This document shows positions 46,550-58,880 of a stretch of 64,000 bases of DNA, one piece after another (position 1 is the stretch's first letter; every line of letters starts with the position of its first letter). Position numbers and translations under genes: made by a program. The notes under the pieces are model-generated. The model was given only the letters and a program-made list of their open reading frames with translations. It had not been told where the DNA came from and made no database searches. Source of the DNA: Amoebidium appalachense (lineage: Eukaryota > Protista > Ichthyosporea); assembly GCA_963693365.1 (NCBI GenBank), contig CAVNZM010000002.1, positions 7,968,559-8,032,558 of the forward strand. Reading direction: 5' to 3'.

Positions 46550-47860
46550 ATGCAGCCCATGCTTGTAGGCGCACTTTTGGCCCTTTCTGCCCACCAGACC
46601 GAGGCCATGTGGGGGCCCAACACTTGGTGGGGCTGGCGCCCGTCCGGCGTCGCCCAGACCACGGCCGGCACAGCCCCCGCGGCCAAGGAATGGGGTTGGG
46701 GCTGGAACTGGGGCAGCTGGGGCTGGGGTGGCAAGGCGGCAGGCAGCGGGCTGTGGGGGTCGTGCCCGCAGGGCCAGTGGCAGTGGCGCACGGGCTGCAG
46801 GGCCATCCCCACGTGTGCGCCCGGGCAGGCGTGGAAGGGCTGGGCGTCCGGCTGCTGCAAGAACGACTGCCCGGCCGGCCAGACGTGGGACCCGCGCACT
46901 GGCAGCTGCTGCGCTGTGCCCTCGTGCCCGGCCGGCCAGGCCTGGAAGGGCTGGGCCCGTGGCTGCTGTGCCGACAGCACCGTGGGCCGCCCGGCCACAG
47001 AGCCAGCCCCGGGCAATGTCGTGGTCGTAGCTCGCCCTGCACCGGCACCTGTCTCCACAGTCCCTGCACCCGCACCCGAGTCCGAGCTACAGGGGGATGA
47101 CGTGGAGGTTGTGGACGAGGACGTCGAGACGGTCGTCGTCAAGGCCCCCGCAACTACGGCCGTGCCTCCCTCAGTCACTAAACCCGCCCCCGCCCCTGTC
47201 CCCGCCACTGCCCCTGTGTCTGTGAGCACTGCACTCCCCTACAAGAATGACGGCGCGGACACCCAGGATGCACCCATTGATGATGGTTTTGGTGGCGACT
47301 TGGGGAGAGACATTGTGGACGATGCCCCGGTGCCCCCTGCTGCTGCCCCTGTTGCAGCCGCCCCCGCCCCCGCCCCCATCCCTGCCCCTGCCCCTTCCCC
47401 CGCCCCCATCCCTGCCCCTGCCCCCCTCCCTCCCCCGACAGTGGTTGCAGCACAGCCGCCCGCTGTTGCCCAGCCCACGGCCTCTGTTCCTGGGCCTGCA
47501 GCCAACAAGGAGGATGTGCTGCTTGCTGAGGGCGAGGATGCGCCTGTCGATGGCGAGGCTGTGGACGTGTCGGCCCCTGCACCCCCCATGGTTGCCCCTG
47601 CTGCACCTGCTGCCCCCTCTGCACAGCCCCCCGTAGCTGCTGGTCCCGCCCCTGCCCCCGCACCCGTAGCTGCCCCTGCCCCCGCACCGGCACCCGTTGC
47701 CCCCGCACCCATTGCTGCTGCCCCTGCACCGGCCACACCACCGGCAGCCGTGCCTGCTGCCGAGGATTCCCTCGGTCTTGAGGATGGAGCTGACCTAGGG
47801 GGGGATCTGCCGATGGATGGCGAGGAGGCACCGTATAGCGGCGATGACGCTGATCAGTAA
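46550..47860 (+). CDS. Secreted Trp/Gly/Cys-repeat protein with Pro/Ala-rich acidic tail (paralog 1, ~436 aa), probable wall/surface protein
   Basis: Signal peptide MQPMLVGALLALSAHQTEA, four CxxGQxW repeats, an intronless GC3-rich ORF, and a low-complexity APAPAP/acidic C-terminus. Confidence 0.88.
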   Translation: MQPMLVGALLALSAHQTEAMWGPNTWWGWRPSGVAQTTAGTAPAAKEWGWGWNWGSWGWGGKAAGSGLWGSCPQGQWQWRTGCRAIPTCAPGQAWKGWASGCCKNDCPAGQTWDPRTGSCCAVPSCPAGQAWKGWARGCCADSTVGRPATEPAPGNVVVVARPAPAPVSTVPAPAPESELQGDDVEVVDEDVETVVVKAPATTAVPPSVTKPAPAPVPATAPVSVSTALPYKNDGADTQDAPIDDGFGGDLGRDIVDDAPVPPAAAPVAAAPAPAPIPAPAPSPAPIPAPAPLPPPTVVAAQPPAVAQPTASVPGPAANKEDVLLAEGEDAPVDGEAVDVSAPAPPMVAPAAPAAPSAQPPVAAGPAPAPAPVAAPAPAPAPVAPAPIAAAPAPATPPAAVPAAEDSLGLEDGADLGGDLPMDGEEAPYSGDDADQ

Positions 47861-49019
47861 TTGTGTTGGGGAGAAAGGGAGGATGTACATACGTGATGTA
47901 AGACTATTGTTGCTACTGTAGCATCCGAATGACTTTACTACTACTGCGAAACATATGAAACTGAGCCCGAGAGTAGCAGATTGCTTGTAGCACTGCACTG
48001 CGCCACTTGTAGTGGACACTCTTGTATTAAACTTTTGAAAGGGTATAATGAAATCATTATTCCATATTCGCGCAAAACTCTGCATCCTTACCTCCCTCCC
48101 CCCCCCCCCCCCCCCCCCCCCCCCCGCCCGACCCCTCCACCCACCCACCAAAAAAAAAAAAAAAAAAAAAAACCGGAGCCCATCACACCGACCCAACCTA
48201 CGGTGGCTACCGAGATACAGTTTGCCGCGGTCTTGCCTGGGCCGAGAACGCAACACTCTTAACCCATGCATCCATGATATCTATCCAATGGCATCTCTTA
48301 TTCAAAGCTCTGGATCTAGATCCAATCACAAATCGTGGCCCACCACACACACGCACAAAAGACTGCCTTTCCCCCCCCTCCCCCCCCCCCCCCCCCCCCC
48401 CCCCCCGCGCAAACACACACACACACACACACATTGGGGGGTCCATCCCGGAGATAATTCACTTCGCAACTCGTTCCCCTCATGTACACACACACGTGAC
48501 ACACACGTGACACACACACACACACACACACACATGTACACACACGCGTGACACACACACACACGCACTTTTGGAAAGGGGTCTGGAGATTTGGGACGCA
48601 CCAATGACGGATCGATCTGATTGGTTTACAAAACCTATATCTATGTTGGTGTTTTTCATACACCCACACACACACCATGTATGATGGTGAACTCATATAC
48701 CCACAAACACAGGCACGCGCGCGCACACACACCCACCCAGCCACACACACACACACACACACACACACATGCACATGCACATATGCACACACACACGCAC
48801 GCGCCTACACGCGTGTACACACACACACGCGCGCGCGCGCGCGTACACACACACACACACGTATACCGTACCACACGTATACACACACACGCACGCACAC
48901 ACACATGCACACACACACACTCACACACATGCACATGCGCACACACACACACACACACACGTACACACGCGGCACACACACACACACACGCGCGCGTACA
49001 CACACACGCGCACACGTAT

Positions 49020-49054
<35 letters not shown>

Positions 49055-49088
49055 CACCCCGTGGCACGCACGCACACACGCACACACA

Positions 49089-49128
<40 letters not shown>

Positions 49129-49237
49129 CACGCACGCAGTTAGAAAGGCACACACTAACACACATACATACATGTACACCCCGTCATCACACACACGCGC
49201 GCGCGTGCGTGCGCCCACACCTTCATACACACACACG

Positions 49238-49308
<71 letters not shown>

Positions 49309-50233
49309 GCACACACACGCACACAAACACACACACACACACAAAACACACACTTGTTCACACGCACCTACAACCAGATGAGTACAGGACACATATGGCA
49401 CCCGTAAGGGAGGGGGGCGGGCGGTATCTGATTGGGTAAAAGGGGGGTCAGCGCGTGTTTACGATTGGGAGGGAGCGCACTGGTGCGTTTTAAGGATAGA
49501 CCATTCGCCTAATATCATGCTTTTTTATTGCCGTGGGCGAGAAAAAAAAACAGCAGTACAGGACACATATACCACACAAACGCATACACGTGAGCCCCAT
49601 GCACCATCAGGCAGTACAGGACACATATACCACACAAACGCGTACACGTGAGCCCCATGCACCATCAGATATCCTCACATCTTTACTCATGGAAGTGCAC
49701 ACATGTATGTGTAGACATCCAAAGCGTCTTGCCTACTCCAACTACTAAACAGATACTATCAGGAGAACTGCAGGCAATACCGGCTTGCGCACGCACATAA
49801 GCACGCACCCACTCACACATGTTGTGACACACACTGGCAAAAACGTGCGTTCACACAAGCAAACACGATCACTCACGCTGTCGGACGTGCTCGCCAAGTA
49901 ATTGGAAATTTTCAGGGCGCAAACACGTCTACACAATTTGAACGTGAATTTATCAGTTTTCTTTCTCACTCCCCAAATCACGCTCCCCTCCTCCTCCCCC
50001 TTTTCCTCCTCCCTCTCTTTCTTTCTTCCTCCCCCCCCCCCCCTCCCTCCTCCCCCCTCTCCCTGGCCGTGACTCACACACATACACATATGTCGCAGAA
50101 GACATGCCGACATGCAGTGGCCAACCCTCCCCCCCCCCCCCCCCCCCCCAACCACCACCACCTCCCCCCTCCCTCCTCCCCCTCCCCCCCCCCACGCGCA
50201 CACACACGCACACATGCACCCACACATGTCATT

Positions 50234-50289
<56 letters not shown>

Positions 50290-50294
50290 ACACA

Positions 50295-50329
<35 letters not shown>

Positions 50330-50750
50330 CACATCATGATATCATACAAACACACGCGCGCGCAAACATGCTCCCATATAGTCACACACACACACACACA
50401 CTCACACTCACACACACTCACACACACACACACTCTCACTGAGATAGTGAGGGCGATTCTGTGATCTTGCCTCCATCAATATTTGCAGCGCTGTCAGTGA
50501 TCGGAATTAATAGGAAGTTGTTGGGTGGGGAAAAAAGAGAAAAACGAACTGGGGGGAAGTGGGGTGACGGGGGCGGGGGTGGGGGAAGGAGGGGGGAGAG
50601 GGGGGGGGAGGGAGGGGTGGGGGGGGAAGGGAGGGAGGGAGGGAGGGAGGGAGGGGGTGGGGGGGGGGAGACCCTCCACCCCACCGCAGAGTTGGGAACT
50701 CACCAAACCTGACAGCAGGTGGGTTCCCCGTTGCACGAAAGGGGGAAGAA

Positions 50751-50794
<44 letters not shown>

Positions 50795-51715
50795 GGTACC
50801 ACCATGTTTCGATGTTGCCATCTGGAGGAGTTGCTGTAAGTACCATTTTTGGGGCCGCCCCGCCTCCCCCCCCCCCCCCCCCTCCCTCCCCTCCCCTCCC
50901 CTCTCCCCCCTCCCTTTACCCACTCGGCCAGCTAACCGTAGGGATGGCCACAGGTCAAAGGCAGTGAGGTACTGGAAGGATGTCTTGTATCATCTGAGAT
51001 AAACGTCACAAAGTTTATTATATTCTATTTAGGGAGGTTCGGTGGTTCGTGTTTATATTGATTCTGTCTTGGGAGGTTCGGTGGTTCTTCCTTCTAGTAG
51101 TCTAAGACGTGGATGTAAGTGTAAAGGCTAGGGCATAATACGAGAAATTTCTTGCATTTTCAGTTTGGAGTCCAGTTTTTATCATGGCTTCTGCGGCCAA
51201 TGAAAGCACAAGCACAAAGCACAGTCCCCCTAAATCTTTCGCTCCCAGGATATGTGCGGGGAGGGGCGGGCCGGGGTGGGGTGGGAAGGGGGGGGAGTCC
51301 TGGGGGGAGGGGGGGGGGTCTTTAGTTTTATTCTTGAATCAAGGCCGTAGGGGGGGCCAAGTGATGAATACAGACATAGAGCTGGTTCTTTGCAACGTAC
51401 CTTTGCTTAGGGTTTTTTAGCTTTGTTTGGAGTGAAGAAACGTCTTGGCGCAAATACTTAGAGCAAAATATCCTGTCTGTTACCCCCCTCCTCCCCCCCC
51501 CCACCTTCCCTGGGACACTCACCCATCTTCGAAGGGCCCCCCCTCCTCCCCCCACCCCCTCCTCCTCTCCGGTGTCCATACAACCCAATACCTAAATCCC
51601 CTGTAGGTGGAAATTGAGGGAGAATCCTGTCAGTGAGCACTTCCTATCGGAGCACACTATGGTATCGCGTTAGAGCAAGTGGAACAATGTCATGCTGAAT
51701 AGAATACTGATGATC

Positions 51716-51776
<61 letters not shown>

Positions 51777-51808
51777 TGCGTGTTTATTGTAAGTGGCAAA
51801 AGTGTTCA

Positions 51809-51849
<41 letters not shown>

Positions 51850-51861
51850 CGCAAGTGTTCA

Positions 51862-51902
<41 letters not shown>

Positions 51903-52198
51903 CGTGTTTTGTGCGCGTGTGTGTGCATGTGTGGATGCATGTCCACGTGCACGTGTTCTTTGTTCGAAGTTGCATTATGCACGTGTTCTTAGCGCCCAGC
52001 AGAAGCATCAGGGAAAGACGGGGGGAGGGGAGGGGGCAGAACAGACAGAGAGAGAGAGCCAGGGAAGGGCGGGGGGCGGGAGGGGGGAGGGGGGGGGGGG
52101 GGGGGGGGGGGCAGTTGAATACTGGTAGCGAGCACTAATATTAGTGTGTGTGGGGGGTGCATGACCAGATCACGTGTATGTGCATGTGTGTGTCTGTT

Positions 52199-52253
<55 letters not shown>

Positions 52254-52727
52254 TATACTATGTAGCAGTATTATTGTATTATCATCGTACGAAACAGGGC
52301 AAGTGTGCACTCCTGCCATGCAAACCCTTAGGTGGATGTGTATGTGTGTAGCATGGGTGTTTCTTATGCATTGTAGTAAGAGTTCATCGAGCTGATTGTT
52401 GCGGTGCTTTGTGGGGAACAGCGGCAGGGGAGGGTAGGGGGGCAACTGCGCAGCCGTGATAGGTGACCCATCGACCGTGGAGCATACACCTCCGGATGTG
52501 ATGTTTGAAAAATTCAGGTTTGATTCAAAAGTCAGATATTTTTGATAGGCCGGTGCCTAGGCTTGGCCAGCAAGCCGCCATGCTAAATATCAAACAGCTC
52601 AAAAACACAACTGCGGTATTTTTAAATCATCAACAAAACGATAGATGATGTAGAAAAAGATGCCTTCATATTTATTAATAAAAACGAGCCCCAATTCAGA
52701 GAGAGACGTACCAAAAAAAAGAATGGT

Positions 52728-53732
52728 TTACTGCGAACCCTCACCCGGGTAATCCTCACCCTGACCATCGACAGCCAACTCACCCTGCCCGTCCATAGAC
52801 AAATCCCCCTCCACGGGAGTATCCTCAATCGTAGGCTGCGCCTGGGGAGCATTAGCAACAGGTGCTGGCTGTTGCGGTTGAGCCACAACCTGGGGCTGGT
52901 TGCCTGGGCCCCAAGAAATAGGGTCATTGCCAACAATGGGCATGGATGGCTGCTGTTGTTGGTTGGGGATCATAGGGGTAACATCGGTGTTGGGGACCAA
53001 AGGGGTAATATCACTCCCCTGGATGTTGTTGCTATCGTCGACGATGATCCCCTGGTCCTGTTTAAGCTCAGCGTCGTTTGCAGGCGCATCCTCAGCAAGA
53101 CCCTCTGCATCATCAACAAACTCTCCAACCTCTTCGCTATTTTGAGCAGGCGCCGAGTAGGGCTGGATGGGTGCGGGGGCAGGGGCAGGAGGGGGTGCGA
53201 CGGCTGAGGGGGTGTCGTCGTTGCTCAGGTCGATGTCCTCGCCACTGATATCTTCGCCGTCCTGGGCAGGTGCAGCTGGTGCAGGTGCAGGGACAGGCCG
53301 GTTGAGTAGAACGACATTGCCTCCGCTTGTGTTGTTGTCGGCACAGCAGCCACGGGCCCAGCCCTTCCAGGCCTGGCCGGCCGGGCACGAGGGCACGGCG
53401 CAGCAGCTGCCGGTGCGCGGGTCCCACGTCTGGCCGGCCGGGCAGTCGTTCTTGCAGCAGCCGGACACCCAGCCCTTCCATGCCTGCCCGGGCGCACACT
53501 CGGGGATGGCCCGGCAGCCCGTGCGCCACTGCCACTGGCCCTGCGGGCACGACCCCCACAGCCCGCTGCCGGCCGCCTTGCCACCCCATCCCCAGCTGGA
53601 GGGCGTCCAACCTCCTCTGGCAACGCCGCTGGTTGCCATGCGGTTGGCCCCAAACCAGCCGGTGCCAAAAGCATCGGCCTGGCTGGTGGTGATGGCCAAA
53701 GCGGCAAGGGTGCAGGCAACAACGTGATGCAT
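52728..53732 (-). CDS. Secreted Trp/Gly/Cys-repeat protein (paralog 2, ~334 aa)
   Basis: Signal peptide MHHVVACTLAALAITTSQADA, the same ~87-aa Cys/Trp domain as 46550-47860, and an acidic Pro/Gln tail. TATAAAA at ~53961-53955 and CCAATC at ~54047 lie upstream on the minus strand. Confidence 0.88.
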   Translation of the reverse strand: MHHVVACTLAALAITTSQADAFGTGWFGANRMATSGVARGGWTPSSWGWGGKAAGSGLWGSCPQGQWQWRTGCRAIPECAPGQAWKGWVSGCCKNDCPAGQTWDPRTGSCCAVPSCPAGQAWKGWARGCCADNNTSGGNVVLLNRPVPAPAPAAPAQDGEDISGEDIDLSNDDTPSAVAPPPAPAPAPIQPYSAPAQNSEEVGEFVDDAEGLAEDAPANDAELKQDQGIIVDDSNNIQGSDITPLVPNTDVTPMIPNQQQQPSMPIVGNDPISWGPGNQPQVVAQPQQPAPVANAPQAQPTIEDTPVEGDLSMDGQGELAVDGQGEDYPGEGSQ

Positions 53733-54142
53733 ATTGACTGTGCGTGTGTGTCGGGTATAGTTGGTGGTGAAGTGGTTTATTGTGTGAAGCTGCTTGCTTT
53801 CTAAAAGGGGACGATTAGCAGGAAAGAGCGTGTGTGCAAGTTGTGTTCCTTGTTTATGATAGTTGTTCGATAAAAACTGGAACACGCAACTACAATAGCT
53901 GGCTTGCTTTGACTGTCTCAGTGTGTGTGGTGGGTGAGTCGGCTGTTTGAGCCTTTTTATACCCGCGGCAACAATTGTGCAAGTTATGCCAGGTGGTTGT
54001 GCCAATCAGATCGTAGCTTCCAATTTTTCTTGCTTCATTCTGATTGGTTGTCACACCACGGGGTTTCCCGATTGTTCTTCGAATGACATTTGCTATCACT
54101 ATCAGACAGTTCTCCAATATCAGAACAGAAAACGGTCTCTAC

Positions 54143-54244
54143 CCAGATGGCCAGATGGCCAGGTCAAATTCAGTGTGTGGAAAAAGGTGGATAAAACGGG
54201 ATAAAACGGTGAGCAAAATGATCTGGCCATCTGGCCATGTGGCC
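54143..54244. repeat. Short inverted repeat built of CCAGATGG units
   Basis: CCAGATGGCCAGATGGCCAG (54143-54162) versus CTGGCCATCTGGCCATGTGGCC (54223-54244), with a ~60-nt spacer containing GGATAAAACGG-like repeats. Confidence 0.65.
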
Positions 54245-54271
54245 ATGGAATCTCTATATCTAAAAATAGCT

Positions 54272-54765
54272 GCCACTGCGCCGGGGCGTGGTTCCGGGAG
54301 GCAGGGGAGGCAGGGGAGGCACGTGAGCACTCACTGGCACTGCGCCGGGGCGTGGTTCCGGGAGGCAGGGGAGGCAGGGGGGGCACACGTGCAGGGGAGG
54401 CAGGGGGGACACTCACTGCCACCACTGGGGGCCGTGGTTCCGGCAGGAGGGGGGGCACACGTGCAGGGGAGGCAGGGGGTCGGGGGAGGCACACGTGCAC
54501 AGGAGGCTGGGGAGAGTGGGGGAACCATCCCCCATGTATGGCTGAGTTAAGACCATTTGTTCATGTAGCACGATCTTCTAGCATGCACGTGTTGGAATGC
54601 CACCACTGGGGGGCCTGGTTCCGGGAGGCAGGGGAGCAGGGGGGGCACCCAGTGTGTGGGTGTGCATGTGGCAGGGGAGCAGGGGGGCAGGGGAGCAGGG
54701 GGGCAGGGGAGCAGGGGGGCAGGGGAGCTGGGGGGCAGGGGGGCTGGGGGGCAGGGGGGCTGGCA
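54272..54765. repeat. G-rich degenerate minisatellite
   Basis: Recurrent TGGTTCCGGGAGGCAGGGG and GGGGCAGGGGAGCAG units. Confidence 0.8.
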
Positions 54766-54822
54766 TGCCACTCACGGGGAGGATAGTGTATGTTGGCACG
54801 TGTGGGTGTGTGGGTGGTTTTT

Positions 54823-55260
54823 TTATTTGGGCTTGTGCTTATGGCAATGGGTCGTAGATTTCACCCTGTTTTTGCAGGGATTGCCAGCCTTGGTTTTGCC
54901 CTGGCAGTACCCATTTTCCCTGCCCACACCCACCGCTGCAGCTGCAACCGGTGGCTGTGGTGCACCCATGGGTGGATCCGGAGTGGACACAGTCAGCGCG
55001 GGTACCCCGGTGCGCTCGGTGCGAGGGCGCTGCATTTCTGCGACTGTAAAGGCGGCCAGGAGGTCGTCCAGCAGGAGGTTTGCATGAGCATAGTCCCCGG
55101 CCTTGTGGGGGTGGAGGATGTTGATGGTGTTGTCGCTGTAGAGGAGGACACCGGTGGCAGGGGCAAAGCATACCCAGGGCTTGAAGCCGTCCTTGTGGTG
55201 TGGGCATGTTTTTGCGAGACAAAAAGTAAAAGCGAGTACTTTTTGTTGACTGGTTGATGG
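54823..55260 (-). CDS. Small hypothetical protein with C-terminal CxGxTxxGxxC...CxxH motif (DUF5763-like zinc-binding)
   Basis: Ends YCQGKTKAGNPCKNRVKSTTHCHKHKPK*. Composition is coding-like; the start is uncertain. Confidence 0.5.
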   Translation of the reverse strand, partial: PSTSQQKVLAFTFCLAKTCPHHKDGFKPWVCFAPATGVLLYSDNTINILHPHKAGDYAHANLLLDDLLAAFTVAEMQRPRTERTGVPALTVSTPDPPMGAPQPPVAAAAVGVGRENGYCQGKTKAGNPCKNRVKSTTHCHKHKPK

Positions 55261-55471
55261 CATATCAATCAATCTCTTGGTGCCAAACCACTGACCAATC
55301 ACATGGGTGTATTCACGAATTCCAATCTAAATTCGGCATCTGGAGAGAGGGGTACTGGTAAAACACAAGAGCAACACGGCATCAAGAGTTTGTACCACAG
55401 GCAAGATCTCAGAGAGGTCACTTTTGGGGTGTAACACGTCGGATACTGAAAGTTTTGTGAGGTACACGTAC

Positions 55472-55744
55472 ATGTTCGACAGCACGGTCACCACAGGCAT
55501 TCTTTATGTGATATCTATATGCAGTGTCGTTGCAAATATACACTGGTACAATTTAATGAAGTCCGAACCGAATGCTAGAGAGAAAGTGAACAAAATGTAT
55601 CTGGTGTACGTCAGCGCTGCTATTGTCCTCACATGTTTATTGGTTACACCATTGATGTATGCAGTCATATACTATTTCAATAAGAAGACGGGTGCTGCGG
55701 AGTACGACACCGCTCTGAGACAAACAAGTCACTCGGACTTTTAA
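55472..55744 (+). CDS. Hypothetical small two-TM protein (~90 aa)
   Basis: Two hydrophobic segments, GILYVISICSVVANIHWY and MYLVYVSAAIVLTCLLVTPLMYAVIYYF. No family recognised. Confidence 0.35.
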   Translation: MFDSTVTTGILYVISICSVVANIHWYNLMKSEPNAREKVNKMYLVYVSAAIVLTCLLVTPLMYAVIYYFNKKTGAAEYDTALRQTSHSDF

Positions 55745-55767
55745 TCCGATTGACGTGTCACCGCGCC

Positions 55768-56160
55768 AGCGCTGCATACAAAAAGACCCGAAGTGGAGTA
55801 TACGACAAACCCAGCGCCAGCGCTTCATACCCAAAATGATACAATAAAAAGACAGTTGCTGTGTGTGCAAAGCTGTGTGTGCAAAAAGAGGGGAAATAAG
55901 CGCTGCATACAAAAGCCCCGAAGTGGAGTATACGACAAACCCAGCGCCAGCGCTTCATACCCAAAGTGGATACAATAAAAAGACAGTTGCTGTGTGTGCA
56001 AAGCTGTGTGTGCAAAAAGAGGGGAAATAAGCGCTGCATACAAAAGCCCCGAAGTGGAGTATACGACAAACCCAGCGCCAGCGCTTCATACCCAAAGTGG
56101 ATACAATAAAAAGACAGTTGCTGTGTGTGCAAAGCTGTGTGTGCAAAAAGAGGGGAAATA
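55768..56160. repeat. 131-bp tandem repeat, 3 copies
   Basis: The unit AGCGCTGCATACAAAAG...AAGAGGGGAAATA starts at 55768, 55899 and 56030. Confidence 0.95.
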
Positions 56161-56163
56161 AAT

Positions 56164-56267
56164 ACTTTAAACGTGCATGCAATATACATCGATAGACTTA
56201 TGAAAGCACACAAACTGTGTGCCACACGGGCATGCATGCATGGGGAGGGAGTGTGGGGTGGGGGGGG

Positions 56268-56321
<54 letters not shown>

Positions 56322-56470
56322 GACTTTGAACGTGCATGCAATAGACTTATGAAAGCACACAAACTGTGTGCCACACGGGCATGCATGCATCGATAGACTT
56401 ATGAAAGCACACAAACTGTGTGCCACAAGGGCATGCATGCATGGGGAGGGAGTGTGGGGTGGGGGGGGGG

Positions 56471-56502
<32 letters not shown>

Positions 56503-56755
56503 AGACTTTGAACGTGCATGCAATAGACTTATGAAAGCACACAAACTGTGTGCCACACGGGCATGCATGCATCGATAGACTTATGAAAGCACACAAACTG
56601 TGTGCCACACGGGCATGCATGCACGGGGAGGGAGTGTGGGGAGGGGGGGGGGGGGGTGGGGGGGGGGAGACTTTGAACGTGCATGCATCGATAGACTTAT
56701 GAAAGCACACAAACTGTGTGCCACACGGGCATGCATGCATGGGGAGGGAGTGTGG

Positions 56756-56794
<39 letters not shown>

Positions 56795-56930
56795 GACTTT
56801 GAACGTGCATGCATCGATAGACTTATGAAAGCACACAAACTGTGTGCCACACGGGCATGCATGCATGGGGAGGGAGTGTGTGTGTGTGGGGGGGGGGGGG
56901 GGGGGGGGGGAGACTTTGAACGTGCATGCA
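56164..56930. repeat. Composite tandem repeat: ~55-bp conserved core (7 copies) with variable G-runs
   Basis: Core ATAGACTTATGAAAGCACACAAACTGTGTGCCACACGGGCATGCATGCA, with internal palindrome GCACACA-AAC-TGTGTGC. Confidence 0.92.
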
Positions 56931-57275
56931 AGTGTGTACCAAAAGGGACCTGGACTTCTTTGTATACAATCGATATTTAATCGGTTGAAAACAGCAAAAC
57001 AAGACTTGTACATATATAATAACCACAAGATACTAAACCATCCAGAAGACTTGTACATATATAATAACCACAAGATACTAAACCATCCAGAACCAGAAAA
57101 AAAAAGATGCCTACATGCTATGATCCATAAGATGCTCGTTAACATAAATACAGAAACCGTAAGGTGCTACCAGTATCAACAGTCATATATTAAAATACAT
57201 CAGCCAGCCCCTGTGGCCATACCCAGCCCCTGACACATACAACAAAATCAAAACACACCCCTCACCACTCCCAAC

Positions 57276-58543
57276 CTAATCTTCATCGTTTTCATCACTG
57301 TCCCCGTGAATAACCTGTATATCTGAAACTTGCTTTGCTCGTGTCCTGCCACTGCGGGCAGGGGCTGGTTTCTGACTCGGTTTTGGTTTCTTTGCTCGAC
57401 CACTTTCTTTCCCTTTCTTCCCCTCGACCTTCTCGCCCAAAGCCATCATGTCCTCCAATTCCTCATCTACTGCCGTCTCAAATGACGTCTCTTCCTGGCG
57501 GTGCCGTTTGTACACACCAAAAGAATTATCTGACACCCCTCTCTTTGAACCCTGGGAATATGCAGAGGGGTTCGACATCATGGAGGCCCCAAAAGTGTGG
57601 GATTGGGTGCTGGTAACGGTGGTGAGGGACGGATTGAAGGGGGGTACGGGCATGGAAAAACCGGGTGGGGGGAGGGGGAGAATGGGCAGGGGGAGGTTGA
57701 GGGGGGTTTTGGGCTGAGTGGTACCGGGCGGGGGGAGGGTGGGGATGGGATTTTGATTGGTCGTACCAGGGGGGGGAGGGGGGGGGCGAGACCGTGTTGG
57801 ACGGTAATGTCGGGGAGGGGCTGGGGGTCATTCCAATCACGAAGTTTCTGTGTGCTCTCGTCGATTGTTCTACGGTATGATTCCCTCATGGTCGCAATGT
57901 GTGACTGAAGCTTGGTAATCTCGGCCCGGTATCTTTCCCCTTCAGCCTGATGCTCCAGGATATCGGCCACCTTTCCAACAAGCTGCCCTTCGAGGTCCCG
58001 ATTCTTTGCCGATAACACCTGTTCCTTTGCATCTGCAAGGTGTTTTTGTTTGGCCGCCGCCGATTTTAGCTCGGCAATTTCCCCCTTAAGGATTTGGATG
58101 TCGTGATCCTTCGTTTGTAATTCTTTCTCTGCGGCTTCCAGCTTCTCCTGCAATTCGGTGGTTGGGGTGGTGACAGCGGGTGCAGTGGCCGCAGTACCGA
58201 CCTTTGCCAATGCAGAGGCAATGGCACTGTCTACTTTCAACTGCAACACAGTCTCCAAGTACTCTTCGAACATTTTTGGATCGACGGGAGCAGTGTCGCC
58301 GGAGTGTGGGGGGGGGTTGGATGGGGGGGGGGGGACTTCCCCGCCGAAGGGGGGGGGGGGTTGGAGGGGGGGGGGGACTTCCCCGCCGAAGTGTGGGGGG
58401 GGTTGGATGGGGAGAGGACTTCGCCGCCGGAGTGTGGGGGGGAGTTGGATGGGGGGGGGGGCTTGCGTTGTGACGGGGTCGGCGGACTTGCTGATGTTGG
58501 TTTCGTATGACCCCGACCCGGGAGCTTGCTGGGAATAATCCAT
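57276..58543 (-). CDS. Hypothetical Pro-rich/coiled-coil protein (~420 aa) with one frame break in C-runs at ~57790-57720
   Basis: MDYSQQAPGSGS..., then a long heptad region ELQEKLEAAEKELQTKDHDIQILKGEIAELK. It appears to continue into ORF 57653-57276 (basic, NLS-like and acidic tail). The upstream extension of the listed ORF is T-rich repeat. Confidence 0.6.
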
Positions 58544-58597
58544 CGTGACAGTTTTCACAAAAAAAAGGATAAACAAAGGGAAAAAAAGAAAGGAAGT

Positions 58598-58880
58598 CTT
58601 ACGTTTCTCTGCGCAAACACAGTCGTGTGCAAACCCAGTCGTGAACAAGGGAAAAAGGAAAAAAAAAACAAGGGAAAAAGGAAAAAAAAAAAAGAAAGTG
58701 CTACGAATACGATTCTCTGTTGTGAACAAAGGAAAAAGTAAAAAAAAGAGTGTTACGTTTCTCTGCGCAAACACAGTCCTGTGCAAACCCAGTCGTGAAC
58801 AAGAGAAAAAGAAAAAAAAAAAGAGAGTGTTACGTTTCTCTAGGCAAACACCGTCGTGTGCAAACACAGCCATGAACAAA
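58598..58880. repeat. Three degenerate repeats upstream of the coiled-coil ORF
   Basis: TTACGTTTCTCT..GCAAACAC.GTC.TGTGCAAAC at ~58599, ~58753 and ~58830. Confidence 0.8.

Noticed and set aside
55768-56930. CRISPR-like look of the repeat arrays
   Set aside because: Intervening sequences are identical or G-runs rather than unique spacers, no cas genes are present, and the context is eukaryotic.
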